NCBI GenBank assembly: GCA_965198225.1
Contig: CBDAOY010000007.1
Span: forward strand, 640,001 to 704,000
Direction of reading: 5' to 3'
Source of the DNA: Terriglobia bacterium
Lineage (GTDB): Bacteria; Acidobacteriota; Terriglobia; 20CM-2-55-15
Length of the DNA stretch: 64,000 nt
Position 1 is the first letter of the stretch; the number at the start of each line of letters is the position of its first letter. Shown piece after piece: positions 30,744-40,922 of this stretch. Made by a program: the position numbers and the translations under genes. Below the pieces are notes generated by a model that was not told the origin of the DNA, did no database searches, and saw only the letters and a program-made list of their open reading frames with translations.

Positions 30744-31808
30744 ATGCTGCTGCGAAGAGCAAGCCTCGTTCTTGTCTCGCTGGCGACACTGACCAGTCTG
30801 GCTCACGCGCAGGCGACAGGCCAGCGTCGGCCCCAAGCCCAGGAGTTCACCATTCGTGGCAAGATCATGTTCGACTCGCCCTATCCTCCCGACGAGCGGA
30901 TCGAGGTCCGGCTGGAGAGAGCGGGCCGCCAGCTGATAGACACCGTTTTTTCCGACAGCATCGGGAACTTCCTGTTCCGGAACCTCCTGCCCGATCAGTA
31001 CTTCGTCGCCATCGATCTGGAGGGGTACGAACCAGTCCGGGAGAGGGTCGAGCTCTCGTCGTCTTTTACGCGCTCAGCGACCCTGAACATTTTTCTGAAT
31101 TCGAAGACCGTCATCCGGAGAACCGAAGAACGCGGTTTCGAGGGGGATCCGAAGGTAGTCGACATCAATGAGCTGAGGATGGATTACCCGGACAAGGCCG
31201 TCGAGGAGTACGAGAAGGCACTTAAGGAAGCCGAGAAGGGCAACGCCAAGAAGGCCGTGGATCGGTTGGAAAAGGCCGTTGAACTTGCGCCCGATTTCTA
31301 CCAGGCCCAGAACAATCTGGGAGTTCAGTACAAAGCGCTCAGACGCTATCGGGACGCGGAGCGAACCCTCGGGATAGCCCGCGACCTCAACCGAAACGCG
31401 GCTCAACCCCTGATCAATCTGGGTTCCATGTATGTCGAGGAAGCCCAGGAGCAGATCAACAGCGGCGAGGAGGAACGTGCGCTCGCCACCTACCAGAAGG
31501 CTGTTGCTTCGCTGGAAGAGGCGATCGTCCTCGACGCATTCTCGGCGTCTGCGAGATACTTCCTGGGTACCGCACTCTACAAGACGGCTGCATTGGAGAG
31601 AGCTGAGACGACGCTGTTGCGGGCGCTCGAGCTCGAGGAAGACTACCACGTCGTTCGACTGATGCTTGTCAACGTCTACGTGAAGCAGGCCCGCTACAAC
31701 GATGTATTGACGCAGCTCACGGAGTTTCTTGAGAGGAATCCGGACGACCCGCAGAGCGAGGCGGTTCGAGCGATGAAGCAGCAGATCGAGAAGGCCCTCC
31801 AAAACTAG
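30744..31808 (+). CDS. Secreted protein: carboxypeptidase-regulatory-like domain plus TPR repeats
   Basis: Signal peptide; DSIGNFLFRNLLPDQY beta-sandwich pattern; TPRs. Confidence 0.82.
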   Translation: MLLRRASLVLVSLATLTSLAHAQATGQRRPQAQEFTIRGKIMFDSPYPPDERIEVRLERAGRQLIDTVFSDSIGNFLFRNLLPDQYFVAIDLEGYEPVRERVELSSSFTRSATLNIFLNSKTVIRRTEERGFEGDPKVVDINELRMDYPDKAVEEYEKALKEAEKGNAKKAVDRLEKAVELAPDFYQAQNNLGVQYKALRRYRDAERTLGIARDLNRNAAQPLINLGSMYVEEAQEQINSGEEERALATYQKAVASLEEAIVLDAFSASARYFLGTALYKTAALERAETTLLRALELEEDYHVVRLMLVNVYVKQARYNDVLTQLTEFLERNPDDPQSEAVRAMKQQIEKALQN

Positions 31809-31947
31809 CGCTGAAACAATCGGGCGGGACTTCTCTGGGACTCCTGCCCGATCCCGACCCACCGTCCTCCCGTCGGTTATCGTCCTAAACCCTTACCTTA
31901 AGCGCCGGCCCTCGTGGTAGAAAGAGGCCACTTCTTCTTGCAGCACG

Positions 31948-33267
31948 ATGACGATTCCCGAACTCCGAGAATGTGCTCGCCAGATCTGGGAAGCCTCCCT
32001 GGAAGCCGGCCGCCCGGACATCTGTATACCGAACGCGGTCGAGGTCTTCGCGGAAGGCTTCGCGGTTGACGGGACGAAATACGAGACGCCCGGGCGACTG
32101 ATAGTGATCGGCGCCGGCAAGGCAGGGGCGGGGATGGCCTGCGTCATCGAGGAGGCTTTCGGCGACCGGATCTCTGCCGGCCTCGTGATCACGAAGTATG
32201 GTCATGGCCTACCCACCGAATACATCCAGGTTTTCGAGGCGGGTCACCCGATCCCGGATCAATCCGGCGAGCTAGCGGTTGAAGGCATGCGGGAGATCCT
32301 CCGGGACCTGGACCCGCAGGATGTGGTCCTCTGCCTGATCTCCGGCGGCGGCTCCGCGCTCTTGCCCGCACCCGCCGAAGGCATCACGCTCCGGGAGAAG
32401 CAGGAAGTGACGACGCTGTTGCTGCGCGCGGGTGCGACGATACGGGAGCTCAATGCGGTGCGGAAGCACCTGTCGGCGATCAAGGGTGGGCAGTTGCTAC
32501 GGTTGGCCACGCCGGCCCGGGTCGTTGCGCTGATCATGTCGGACGTCATCGGCGATCCGCTGGATTTTATCGCGTCCGGTCCAACCGCCCCCGACACCAC
32601 CACCTTCGCGGACGCCCTCTACATCGTCCGAAAATACGGGATCGAGATTCCTCCCGCCGTACTTGCACGGCTTGAAGGAGGCGCCAGGGGCGACATCGCA
32701 GAGACCCCTAAACGGGGCGACCCGCTCTTCGAGCGTGCGAGCAACCACATCATCGCCAACAACCGGCTCCTTGTTGAAGCGGCTGCCACGAAGGCAAGCG
32801 ATCTCGGGTTTCAGACACTCGTGCTGGCCTCGGAGCTCGAAGGGGAGGCACGTGACGTGGCCCGCTTCTTCGCTTCGATCGCGCGCGAGATCGGCTCCAG
32901 CGGCAACCCGCTATCTCCCCCGGCCTGCATCCTTGCCGCGGGCGAGACGACTGTGACCGTACGTGGTCACGGCCTGGGCGGGCGCAATCAAGAAATGGCT
33001 CTGGCGTGGGCGATGAAGATGCAGTCCTGGCCCCGGCCGGTATGTTTCGCGAGCGTGGCCTCCGATGGTACCGACGGGCCAACGAATGCGGCCGGCGGCC
33101 TGGTCGATCCGTTTACCTGTTCCCGCGCCATCGAAATGAACCTCGATCCCGCCCAGTACCTTCGGGCGAACGACTCTTTCAAATTCCTCCAATCTGTCCG
33201 CGACCTGATCACAACGGGCCCCACGCAGACAAACCTGATGGACCTGCAGATCCTGCTCGCCGGGTAA
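31948..33267 (+). CDS. Glycerate kinase type 2 (MOFRL family)
   Basis: IGAGKAG, AGHPIPD, LISGGGSAL, GGRNQE, DGTDGPT, TGPTQTNLMD. Confidence 0.93.
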   Translation: MTIPELRECARQIWEASLEAGRPDICIPNAVEVFAEGFAVDGTKYETPGRLIVIGAGKAGAGMACVIEEAFGDRISAGLVITKYGHGLPTEYIQVFEAGHPIPDQSGELAVEGMREILRDLDPQDVVLCLISGGGSALLPAPAEGITLREKQEVTTLLLRAGATIRELNAVRKHLSAIKGGQLLRLATPARVVALIMSDVIGDPLDFIASGPTAPDTTTFADALYIVRKYGIEIPPAVLARLEGGARGDIAETPKRGDPLFERASNHIIANNRLLVEAAATKASDLGFQTLVLASELEGEARDVARFFASIAREIGSSGNPLSPPACILAAGETTVTVRGHGLGGRNQEMALAWAMKMQSWPRPVCFASVASDGTDGPTNAAGGLVDPFTCSRAIEMNLDPAQYLRANDSFKFLQSVRDLITTGPTQTNLMDLQILLAG

Positions 33268-33273
33268 TCCGAT

Positions 33274-33427
33274 TAACCACGGAGGCGCGGAGGAGGGATG
33301 TCGAGACGGTCGTCGGTCTTCAACTCTTCTGTTCCCGAACATCCGTTCAGCGGAACGTATCGCGAGCGAGCCACTGTGAGGGGGACAGGGCTAGCCCTGT
33401 CCCCGGGTGTTTGGTAAGCAGAAAAGT
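33274..33427. repeat. Family B half-site (33274-33293) next to a family A palindrome (33341-33427)
   Basis: TAACCACGGAGGCGCGGAGG; CACTGTGAGGGGGACAGGGCTAGCCCTGTCCCCGGGTGTTTGGTAAGCAGAAA. Confidence 0.85.
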
Positions 33428-33446
33428 TGAGAAATGCGGAAGTAGC

Positions 33447-34016
33447 CTACCCCGGTGGGGGAGGTTGGCGGCGACGTTGAGCGTTCGGGTTGCGGGATCG
33501 TTCGATCAGGTTCCGGATGCGCTGCTCGAGGTTGGGCTGGACTATGCGCAAACGGGCACGCTGTGCCGGCGTCAGTTCGGGATCGACCTCGCGGAGAAGC
33601 CGTTCCTGCACGGCCCGGAGCTCCGCGTCGACCGCGTCGACTTCCCGAATCCGCTCGAGGATGTCGTCATCTGAGGCGCCGTTTCTCAGAGCCTGTCGCA
33701 TCGCGCTCAACGCCCGCGTCCGCTGACGTCCGAGTTCCGTCCGCTTCTGTAGTGACTCCCGCAGCGCCGGAAGCACTTTCGCGAACTGATTGTCGTCCAG
33801 TTGCAGTTCCTGCTGAAAGCGGCTGACGTAGAAACCTTCCACGACATCCTGGATCGGAGCGAGGTTGTTTCTCGGAATTCGATTCGGGTTCCGCTGCGGG
33901 TTTCTCTGTTCACGCACGGCTTTGCCGATGTTTCGGGGACCCTGCTGCGCCGGCGCGGAGACGCCGGTTCCGCCGGTCAGCAGAAGTAGCAGTAACAGTG
34001 ACGCGGCCTTCCTCAT
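33447..34016 (-). CDS. Periplasmic Spy/CpxP-like helical protein
   Basis: Signal peptide; ELQLDDNQ and LTPAQRA (LTxxQ-like) motifs; third gene of an ECF operon. Confidence 0.7.
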   Translation of the reverse strand: MRKAASLLLLLLLTGGTGVSAPAQQGPRNIGKAVREQRNPQRNPNRIPRNNLAPIQDVVEGFYVSRFQQELQLDDNQFAKVLPALRESLQKRTELGRQRTRALSAMRQALRNGASDDDILERIREVDAVDAELRAVQERLLREVDPELTPAQRARLRIVQPNLEQRIRNLIERSRNPNAQRRRQPPPPG

Positions 34017-34627
34017 CGCATGCCGTCCTCGTCGAGGTCGAGCTCCCCATCCTCAACCGAAGCGAGCAACTCGCGCAGCAAATCCGTTTCGTCGGTTTCC
34101 AATTCGCTCAGTGTGCTGAAAATCTCCGTCTGGGACCACGCCAGCACTTCCGCTTCGAGCAGTTCGGTCTCCTCGGCGGAGAATAAGTCCTCCCCGATCG
34201 CATCAGCTACGGTGTCGACAATACCGAGGGCCGGCTCGACGGTTGTGATGAAACGCGTGGCCTCTTCCGGCGAGTGTTGGGTCTGGTAGTGCCAGAAGGT
34301 AGCACTCAACGCACCGACCACGACAACAATCAGAGCAAGACTCCAGGCTGCGGCCGGCCTCAACGCCCATCCCGTCAACCGGCGGAATCTCGACGACCGT
34401 TCCACCGCGCGAGACAGCAATCCGTCGCGTACCGAGGAGCGGAACTCGGTCCAGTCGATGCTCGGAGTGTCGTCGTGTATGCCGGAGATGTGCTGATGCA
34501 GTTCCGAGATCGAAGCGAGTGTGGAACGGCACTGGCTGCAACCGGCCAGGTGCCTGGCGCGCTCGGCTGTGAGTTCCGAACCTTCCATCAGGTTGGTGAA
34601 CTCTTCGGCTTTGAGATGGCTGAACAT
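34013..34627 (-). CDS. Putative anti-sigma factor (zinc-binding, one TM)
   Basis: HLAGCSQC (HxxxCxxC) plus a TM helix, directly after the ECF sigma gene. Confidence 0.8.
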   Translation of the reverse strand: MFSHLKAEEFTNLMEGSELTAERARHLAGCSQCRSTLASISELHQHISGIHDDTPSIDWTEFRSSVRDGLLSRAVERSSRFRRLTGWALRPAAAWSLALIVVVVGALSATFWHYQTQHSPEEATRFITTVEPALGIVDTVADAIGEDLFSAEETELLEAEVLAWSQTEIFSTLSELETDETDLLRELLASVEDGELDLDEDGMR

Positions 34628-34635
34628 AACGACCC

Positions 34636-35229
34636 TTACATTGCGCGGTCGGCCGGTACTTGCTGCCGAACCATCTTCTTCAGCTTGTTCAACGCGAAGA
34701 AAACGCTCGACTTGATCGTCGATACCGACCGGTCCAGTATACCCGCGATCTCCTCGTAGCTGAGGTTCTCGTTCATCCTGAGCTCCAGGATCGCTTTCTG
34801 CCTGGGCGGCAGGTTTTTCATCAGGCTGCGGACGATCTCGCGGCGCTCGTCTTCCAGTATGCGACGGTGTACCGACGGCTCCACTTTGCCGGTCGATTCA
34901 GTCACTTCAACGAAATCCCGACGGTTCTTCTTGACGTGGTTTAAGCAGTGATTGACCGTGACGCGGTACAGCCAGGTCTTGAATCTGGCTTCTCCCCGAA
35001 AGCTGGGAAGGTGCTCGAAGGCCTTGATGAACACTTCCTGGCTCAGATCGAGAGCGTCGTCCTGGTTTGGAACAAACCGGTAACACAAGCGATAGACCTG
35101 CCGCTCGTACCGGATCATCAGTTCGTCGAAAGCGAGCGTGTCACCGGCAAGATATCGTTCTACGAGCCCTCGATCCGCGTCCTGGTCCTTCGTGGCGGCG
35201 GGCATCATCGTCGTGATCGTCTCATCCAT
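34636..35229 (-). CDS. ECF RNA polymerase sigma factor
   Basis: DLSQEVFIKAF, FKTWLYRVTVN, LSYEEIAGIL. Confidence 0.92.
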   Translation of the reverse strand: MDETITTMMPAATKDQDADRGLVERYLAGDTLAFDELMIRYERQVYRLCYRFVPNQDDALDLSQEVFIKAFEHLPSFRGEARFKTWLYRVTVNHCLNHVKKNRRDFVEVTESTGKVEPSVHRRILEDERREIVRSLMKNLPPRQKAILELRMNENLSYEEIAGILDRSVSTIKSSVFFALNKLKKMVRQQVPADRAM

Positions 35230-35394
35230 GTTGTTAGCCCCGAACTTGTTGATAAACAATCGGTTCCACCGATTGCCAGCATCCAAGGGAATCCCTCACA
35301 TAAAGTTGGACCATCCCGGGGCTGTGCAGTTTAAAAGGTCCTCCGATTAAATGTAGAATGGAGGACTCGACGTCCCACGCTGGAAACTCCAGAT

Positions 35395-37131
35395 ATGAAG
35401 ACTTTATCCCGACTCTTCGCGTACCTGCAACGATATCGCACAAGGATGCTGCTGGGCCTGGGTTGCGTGTTGATGACGACGGGTTTCTACCTGGCCACGC
35501 CGTGGGTGATGAAATATGCCGTCGACTCTCTGAACGAGACCGTTACTCAGGACAAGCTTCTGTTCTACGCCGGGCTGATTGTGGCTTTGACCGTGTTGCA
35601 AGGGGTATTCCGGTTCCTGATGCGCTGGCTCATGATCGGCGTTTCGCGGCGGATCGAATACCACCTGCGCGAGGATGTCTTCGAACACTTGGAGCGCTTG
35701 CCTCTGTCGTTCTTCCAGGCAAACCGAACCGGCGACCTGATGTCCCGTGCCACGAACGACTTGACCAGCGTGCGCATGCTGTTGGGTCCGGGGATCATGT
35801 ACTCGGCGAACACGATCCTGATCACGACCTTCTCGATCATCCTGATGATCAGCATCGACTGGAAACTGACGATCGTCGCGCTGATTCCGCTCCCGTTCGT
35901 TTCTATCGGGGTCCGACAGTTCGGGCGCCGGATCCACCGTTTGAGCGAGGAGTCTCAGAGCCGTCTGGCCGGGCTGAGCGCGCGGGTTCAGGAAAGCCTC
36001 TCGGGGATCCGTGTCGTCAAGGTCTTTGTCCAGGAGGAGCACGAAAAGGAGGAATTCGACCGCCTGAACCGCCACCTCAAAGACAAGAACATGGATCTGA
36101 TTCGTGTGACCAGCCTGTTCTTTCCGACCATGCAGTTCACGATCGGTTTCGCCACGGTGATCGTGCTGTGGTTTGGCGGCCGGCAGGTCATTCAGGGCGC
36201 CATTTCCATGGGGGATTTCGTGGCCTTCACGGTGTACCTGGGGATGCTGGCTTTTCCGATGATCGCGATGGGCTGGGTCGTCAACCTCCTCGAGCGCGGA
36301 CGTGCGTCGATGAAGCGTCTCAACTACATCCTCGACGCCGAACCCGATATCGTGGACGGGCCGGAATCCCTCGACCTCGACGTTCAGGGCGAGATCGAGT
36401 TTCGCGATTTGAATTTCGCCTACAACGGCGTACCGGTTTTGCGGGATGTATCGCTCCGCATACCTCAGGGGAAGACCCTGGCGGTGGTTGGTGCTACGGG
36501 CTCGGGTAAGTCCACGCTGGCGCAGTTGATCCCCCGGCTCTATAACGCGCCGCCCGGCACGCTGTTTATCGATGGAGTGCCGATCGAGCGGATCCGACTC
36601 GGACGGCTGCGCAGAGCGATCGGGTTCATACCACAGGACACCTTCCTCTTCGGAGAGACCGTCTTCGAGAACATCGCTTTCGGCGTCGACACCGCATCTC
36701 AAGAAGAAGTTGAGGAGGCGGCACATATATCGAACATATACCAAGACATCGATGGCTTTCCTATGGGATTCGAGACCATGGTGGGCGAGAGGGGGATCAC
36801 CCTGTCGGGAGGGCAGAAACAGCGCACCGCGATCTCTCGCGCTCTCGTCCGGAACCCGAGGATTCTGATCCTGGACGACTCGCTTTCAAGTGTGGACACC
36901 CACACCGAGGAGCAGATTCTCGGCGAACTGAGACAGGTCATGCGCGACCGGACATCGATCCTCATCAGCCATCGGGTCTCGACCGTGAAAGATGCCGACG
37001 AGATCGTAGTCCTCGAGGACGGGCGAATCGTCGAGCGTGGCACCCACGACGAGCTTTTGCGGCTGGCGGGACGTTACGCCGACCTGCACCAGCGCCAGTT
37101 GCTGGAAGACGAACTGGCCGTCAGCGATTAA
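35395..37131 (+). CDS. ABC exporter, fused permease/ATPase (heterodimer subunit 1)
   Basis: TM domain, GATGSGKS, LSGGQKQR, degenerate Walker B ILDD. Confidence 0.92.
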   Translation: MKTLSRLFAYLQRYRTRMLLGLGCVLMTTGFYLATPWVMKYAVDSLNETVTQDKLLFYAGLIVALTVLQGVFRFLMRWLMIGVSRRIEYHLREDVFEHLERLPLSFFQANRTGDLMSRATNDLTSVRMLLGPGIMYSANTILITTFSIILMISIDWKLTIVALIPLPFVSIGVRQFGRRIHRLSEESQSRLAGLSARVQESLSGIRVVKVFVQEEHEKEEFDRLNRHLKDKNMDLIRVTSLFFPTMQFTIGFATVIVLWFGGRQVIQGAISMGDFVAFTVYLGMLAFPMIAMGWVVNLLERGRASMKRLNYILDAEPDIVDGPESLDLDVQGEIEFRDLNFAYNGVPVLRDVSLRIPQGKTLAVVGATGSGKSTLAQLIPRLYNAPPGTLFIDGVPIERIRLGRLRRAIGFIPQDTFLFGETVFENIAFGVDTASQEEVEEAAHISNIYQDIDGFPMGFETMVGERGITLSGGQKQRTAISRALVRNPRILILDDSLSSVDTHTEEQILGELRQVMRDRTSILISHRVSTVKDADEIVVLEDGRIVERGTHDELLRLAGRYADLHQRQLLEDELAVSD

Positions 37132-37257
37132 CGCGAACAGAGCGCGGCGGAGGCGCCGCGTAGGCTAGGAACGCGAGGCGTGTCTGGTTAGATACCGATC
37201 GCCGAGCCCGGGTGACGACGGATCCGCGGATGCATCCGTCGCGCGATGCGATTGCGA

Positions 37258-39039
37258 ATGCATGAAGAAGAGACCTTAGGCAAAGCATACGATTCGCGGT
37301 TGATGCGGAGATTGCTCGTCTACCTCCTGCCGTACCGGAAGTTCGTGCTGGCAGCCTTCATGCTGATCATGTTCGAGGCGCTGATCGAGATCAGTTTTCC
37401 GTGGCTCACCATGGTCGCCGTCGACAGGTACATTCTGGTCGGCGACATGTCTGGGCTGTTGCTGATCGCCTCTGTCTATGTCTCGCTGCTCGTCATCAAG
37501 TTCGGAGTGGGGTTCCTGCAGACGCTTACGTTGCAGAGCACCGGCCAGAAGATCATGTTCGACATGAGAAAGCAGATCTTCGGGCACATCCAGACCCTTT
37601 CGAACGCCTTCTTCGACAAGAACCCTGTTGGCCGCCTCATCACGCGGGTCACGACAGACGTGGATGTCCTCAACGAAATGTTCTCGGCGGGCATCGTTTC
37701 GGTCTTCGGAGATATATTTACGCTGACCGGGATCATGATCGCGCTGCTCGTGCTGGATTGGAGACTCGCTCTGATCGTTCTTGCGATCGTGCCCGTGATC
37801 GGCCTTGCCACCGCCGTCTTCCGCAGGAGGGCCCGAGACGGATACCGACGTGTCCGCATCGCCATAGCCAAGATCAACGCTTTTCTGCAGGAGCACATTA
37901 CGGGGATGAGCGTCGTCCAGCTCTACAACCGCGAACAGAAGAGCGCAGCGAAGTTCGAGCGCATCAACCGGGAGCACCTTCAGGCGAACCTGGACTCCAT
38001 CATGGCGTACGCGGTGTTCTTCCCCGTCGTCGAGCTGCTCAGCGCGAGCGCAATCGCGTTGATCATCTGGTACGGAGGGGGACAAGTGATCACGGGGCTG
38101 TTGACGCTGGGAACTCTGATTGCCTTCATTCAGTACTCGCAGCGCTTCTTCCGTCCGATCGCCGACCTGGCGGAAAAGTACAACATACTCCAATCCGCGA
38201 TGGCGAGTTCGGAGAGGATTTTCTCGTTGCTCGACACCCGGCCTGGCGTCGTATCTCCTCGGCAGACCAAAGCGATCGCCGCACCCAGGGGGGAGATCGA
38301 GTTTCGCAACGTCTGGTTCGCCTATAACCCGGACGACTGGGTGCTCCGGGACGTTTCGTTCAGGGTCGGGCGTGGCCATTCCGTCGCGATCGTGGGCCAC
38401 ACAGGCGCAGGTAAGACAACGATCACCAACCTGTTGACCCGTTTCTACGACATCCAGAAAGGCGAGATCATTCTCGACGGGATCAACATCGCCGGAATGG
38501 ATCTGTCGGAACTGCGCGGGCGGTTTGCGGTGGTCCTGCAGGACGTGTTCATGTTCTCGGGCACCCTGCGCTCGAACATCCGTCTTGGCTCCGACATCGA
38601 TGACGACAAGATTCTCCGCGCAGCCGAGGATGTGAACCTGGGCCCCTACCTGCGATCAGTCGAACTGGGTCTCGATCATCCCGTCAACGAGCGGGGAACG
38701 ACTCTTTCGGTCGGACAGCGACAGCTTCTGGCGTTTGCCCGTGCGCTCGCTCACGACCCCGAGATTCTCATACTCGATGAAGCCACCTCCAGCGTCGACA
38801 CCGAAACCGAGATCCGGATTAGAAGGGCGATCGATCGCCTGATGCAAGGCCGAACCTCGATCATCATCGCTCACCGGTTATCGACCATCCAGCGGTGCGA
38901 CAAGATCATTGTCATGCACAAGGGCAGGATCCGCGAGGTGGGTTCTCACCAGGAATTGCTCGCCGAGCGCGGCTTCTACTACAAGCTGTACCAGCTCCAG
39001 TACAAGGAACAGGAACTGGAAGCTGTCCGGGGAGACTGA
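37258..39039 (+). CDS. ABC exporter, fused permease/ATPase (heterodimer subunit 2)
   Basis: GHTGAGKT, LSVGQRQL, ILDEAT. Confidence 0.92.
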   Translation: MHEEETLGKAYDSRLMRRLLVYLLPYRKFVLAAFMLIMFEALIEISFPWLTMVAVDRYILVGDMSGLLLIASVYVSLLVIKFGVGFLQTLTLQSTGQKIMFDMRKQIFGHIQTLSNAFFDKNPVGRLITRVTTDVDVLNEMFSAGIVSVFGDIFTLTGIMIALLVLDWRLALIVLAIVPVIGLATAVFRRRARDGYRRVRIAIAKINAFLQEHITGMSVVQLYNREQKSAAKFERINREHLQANLDSIMAYAVFFPVVELLSASAIALIIWYGGGQVITGLLTLGTLIAFIQYSQRFFRPIADLAEKYNILQSAMASSERIFSLLDTRPGVVSPRQTKAIAAPRGEIEFRNVWFAYNPDDWVLRDVSFRVGRGHSVAIVGHTGAGKTTITNLLTRFYDIQKGEIILDGINIAGMDLSELRGRFAVVLQDVFMFSGTLRSNIRLGSDIDDDKILRAAEDVNLGPYLRSVELGLDHPVNERGTTLSVGQRQLLAFARALAHDPEILILDEATSSVDTETEIRIRRAIDRLMQGRTSIIIAHRLSTIQRCDKIIVMHKGRIREVGSHQELLAERGFYYKLYQLQYKEQELEAVRGD

Positions 39040-39050
39040 GGGGAATCATT

Positions 39051-39129
39051 AACCACGGAGGCACAGAGACACGGAGGAGACCAGTTCTGTTGAATTCATC
39101 AAGCTCCGTGTCTCCGCGCCTCCGTGGTT
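39051..39129. repeat. Inverted-pair repeat, family B
   Basis: AACCACGGAGGCACAGAGACACGGAG ... CTCCGTGTCTCCGCGCCTCCGTGGTT. Confidence 0.88.
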
Positions 39130-39137
39130 GATTTCTT

Positions 39138-39842
39138 ATGATTTCTTTAGAAAACAAAGTGGCGGTGGTGACCGGGGCGGGGCGGGGGATCGGTCGGGCG
39201 ATAGCGATCGAGCTCGCAGATTGTGGGATACGCGTCGCGCTGGCCGCACGGACGCGAACGGAACTGGAAGAGACTGCCTCATCGATCAGGGGTGCGGCGG
39301 TGATCCCGACCGACATCCGGAAACGGGGCGATGTCGAGCAGCTGCTGGATCGCGCCGCCGAGAGACTGGGCCCGGTGGACATCCTGGTCAATTCGGCCGG
39401 CATCGGCATTTTCGGTCCACTGAGGGAATCTGCTGATGAAGACTATGACGTGCTGCTGGATACGAATTTAAGAGGGATCTTTTTCGCCTGTCGTTACGTA
39501 CTACCCGGTATGATTGGGCGAAAACGAGGTCATATCATCAACATCGCATCGATAGCCGGGAAGGTAGGTTCGGCGAACCGGGCGCTCTACTGCGCTTCGA
39601 AGTTCGGTGTCGTGGGATTCTCCCAGGCCCTGGCGGAGGAGGTGAGGGAGGACGGAATCCGTGTTTCGGTCATCTGTCCCGGATCGACCAACACCGTCTT
39701 CTCCCCCGAGAACAAGGAAGGGAAGTCACGCGAGCGGATGCTGCAGCCAGCCGACGTCGCCGGCGCCGTGCGGATGATCGTGGCTTCCGAACCCAACAGC
39801 TTTATCAGCGAGGTCGTGATGCGACCGACCAGGAAGCCATGA
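39138..39842 (+). CDS. SDR family oxidoreductase
   Basis: TGAGRGIG, NSAG, YCASK. Confidence 0.93.
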   Translation: MISLENKVAVVTGAGRGIGRAIAIELADCGIRVALAARTRTELEETASSIRGAAVIPTDIRKRGDVEQLLDRAAERLGPVDILVNSAGIGIFGPLRESADEDYDVLLDTNLRGIFFACRYVLPGMIGRKRGHIINIASIAGKVGSANRALYCASKFGVVGFSQALAEEVREDGIRVSVICPGSTNTVFSPENKEGKSRERMLQPADVAGAVRMIVASEPNSFISEVVMRPTRKP

Positions 39843-40711
39843 AAGAAACAAATACACTTGTCACCTTGGGTGTTCTGTTGTTGCCGGCCCTCATTTTGGC
39901 CGGGTGCGACGAACTCCTCGATGGGCCCGCCGAGTTTGTCACGTTCGAACAATCCCAGCCCCTGGCCGATTTCGAAACCCTCGAGGTGGACCTCGAGTTC
40001 GACGTCGGGACCCTGGAGATCGGGAAGGCCTCCAGCGACGACCTCTATTCCATCGAACTGGAATACGATCGACTGCATTTCGATCCGGATGTGGACTTCG
40101 ATGACAGTGGTACCCGCGCCACATTGAATTTCGACCTGGATGCAACGGGTGGGGCCATCCTGGGCGATCGGATGAGAAACGATCTCGTCGTCTTGTTCAA
40201 CGAGGACGTGGCGATCGACCTGGAAATCTCGACCGGAGTCAGCGAGGCGGCGCTGGATCTGACCGACCTGAAAATCCGAAGTATGGAGCTGGACGGCGGC
40301 GTCGGCCGGAGTGAGATCTTCTTCGACGAAGTGAACGGCGAAGAGATGCGCCTGATGGACATCAACAGCGGCGTCGGTGACTTGACGATTCGTGGTCTCG
40401 GCAACGCGCGCGTGAACGAGTTCCAACTCGACGGGGGGGTCGGGCGAACTGAACTGGACTTCACGGGGGAATGGGAGGACTGGTCGACCGACGCCGAAAT
40501 CAACGTCGGTGTCGGTCAGGTGAAGCTCCTCATCCCGAGAGAGGTAGCGGTCGAGATTGAGGCGGATGGCAGCTTCCTCTCCAGCATCAGTGCCCCGGAC
40601 TTCGAGCGCTCGGGAAACCGTTACACGCGCAACATGAACAGCGGCGAGCCCAGAAAGATCATGATTCGGATCGAGTCCGGCGTCGGCGGTGTAACCGTCG
40701 AACTGATGTAG
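39839..40711 (+). CDS. Lipoprotein with repetitive beta-solenoid (LiaF/DUF2154 or toast-rack-like)
   Basis: Lipobox LAGC; repeated GVG/GVS units. Confidence 0.72.
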   Translation: MKETNTLVTLGVLLLPALILAGCDELLDGPAEFVTFEQSQPLADFETLEVDLEFDVGTLEIGKASSDDLYSIELEYDRLHFDPDVDFDDSGTRATLNFDLDATGGAILGDRMRNDLVVLFNEDVAIDLEISTGVSEAALDLTDLKIRSMELDGGVGRSEIFFDEVNGEEMRLMDINSGVGDLTIRGLGNARVNEFQLDGGVGRTELDFTGEWEDWSTDAEINVGVGQVKLLIPREVAVEIEADGSFLSSISAPDFERSGNRYTRNMNSGEPRKIMIRIESGVGGVTVELM

Positions 40712-40749
40712 TGGTTCTTCTTTCCGGGTTAACGAATCGCGATCCCTGA

Positions 40750-40837
40750 CTTCTCTGCTTAGCAAACACCCGGGGCCAGGGCCAGGCCCCTGTCCCCCTC
40801 ACATGGCGGCTCTCTCGGAACCTTCCGCTCAACGAAG
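40750..40837. repeat. Family A REP-like palindrome
   Basis: CTGCTTAGCAAACACCCGGGGCCAGGGCCAGGCCCCTGTCCCCCTCACA. Confidence 0.85.
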
Positions 40838-40922
40838 GATTTCTTTATCCAATTTTTTTCGAGTTTGAGTAATCATGGGGGTGGGTTCGCTTGTCGAAAG
40901 GGATGATGGAGGACTCTAGTTC

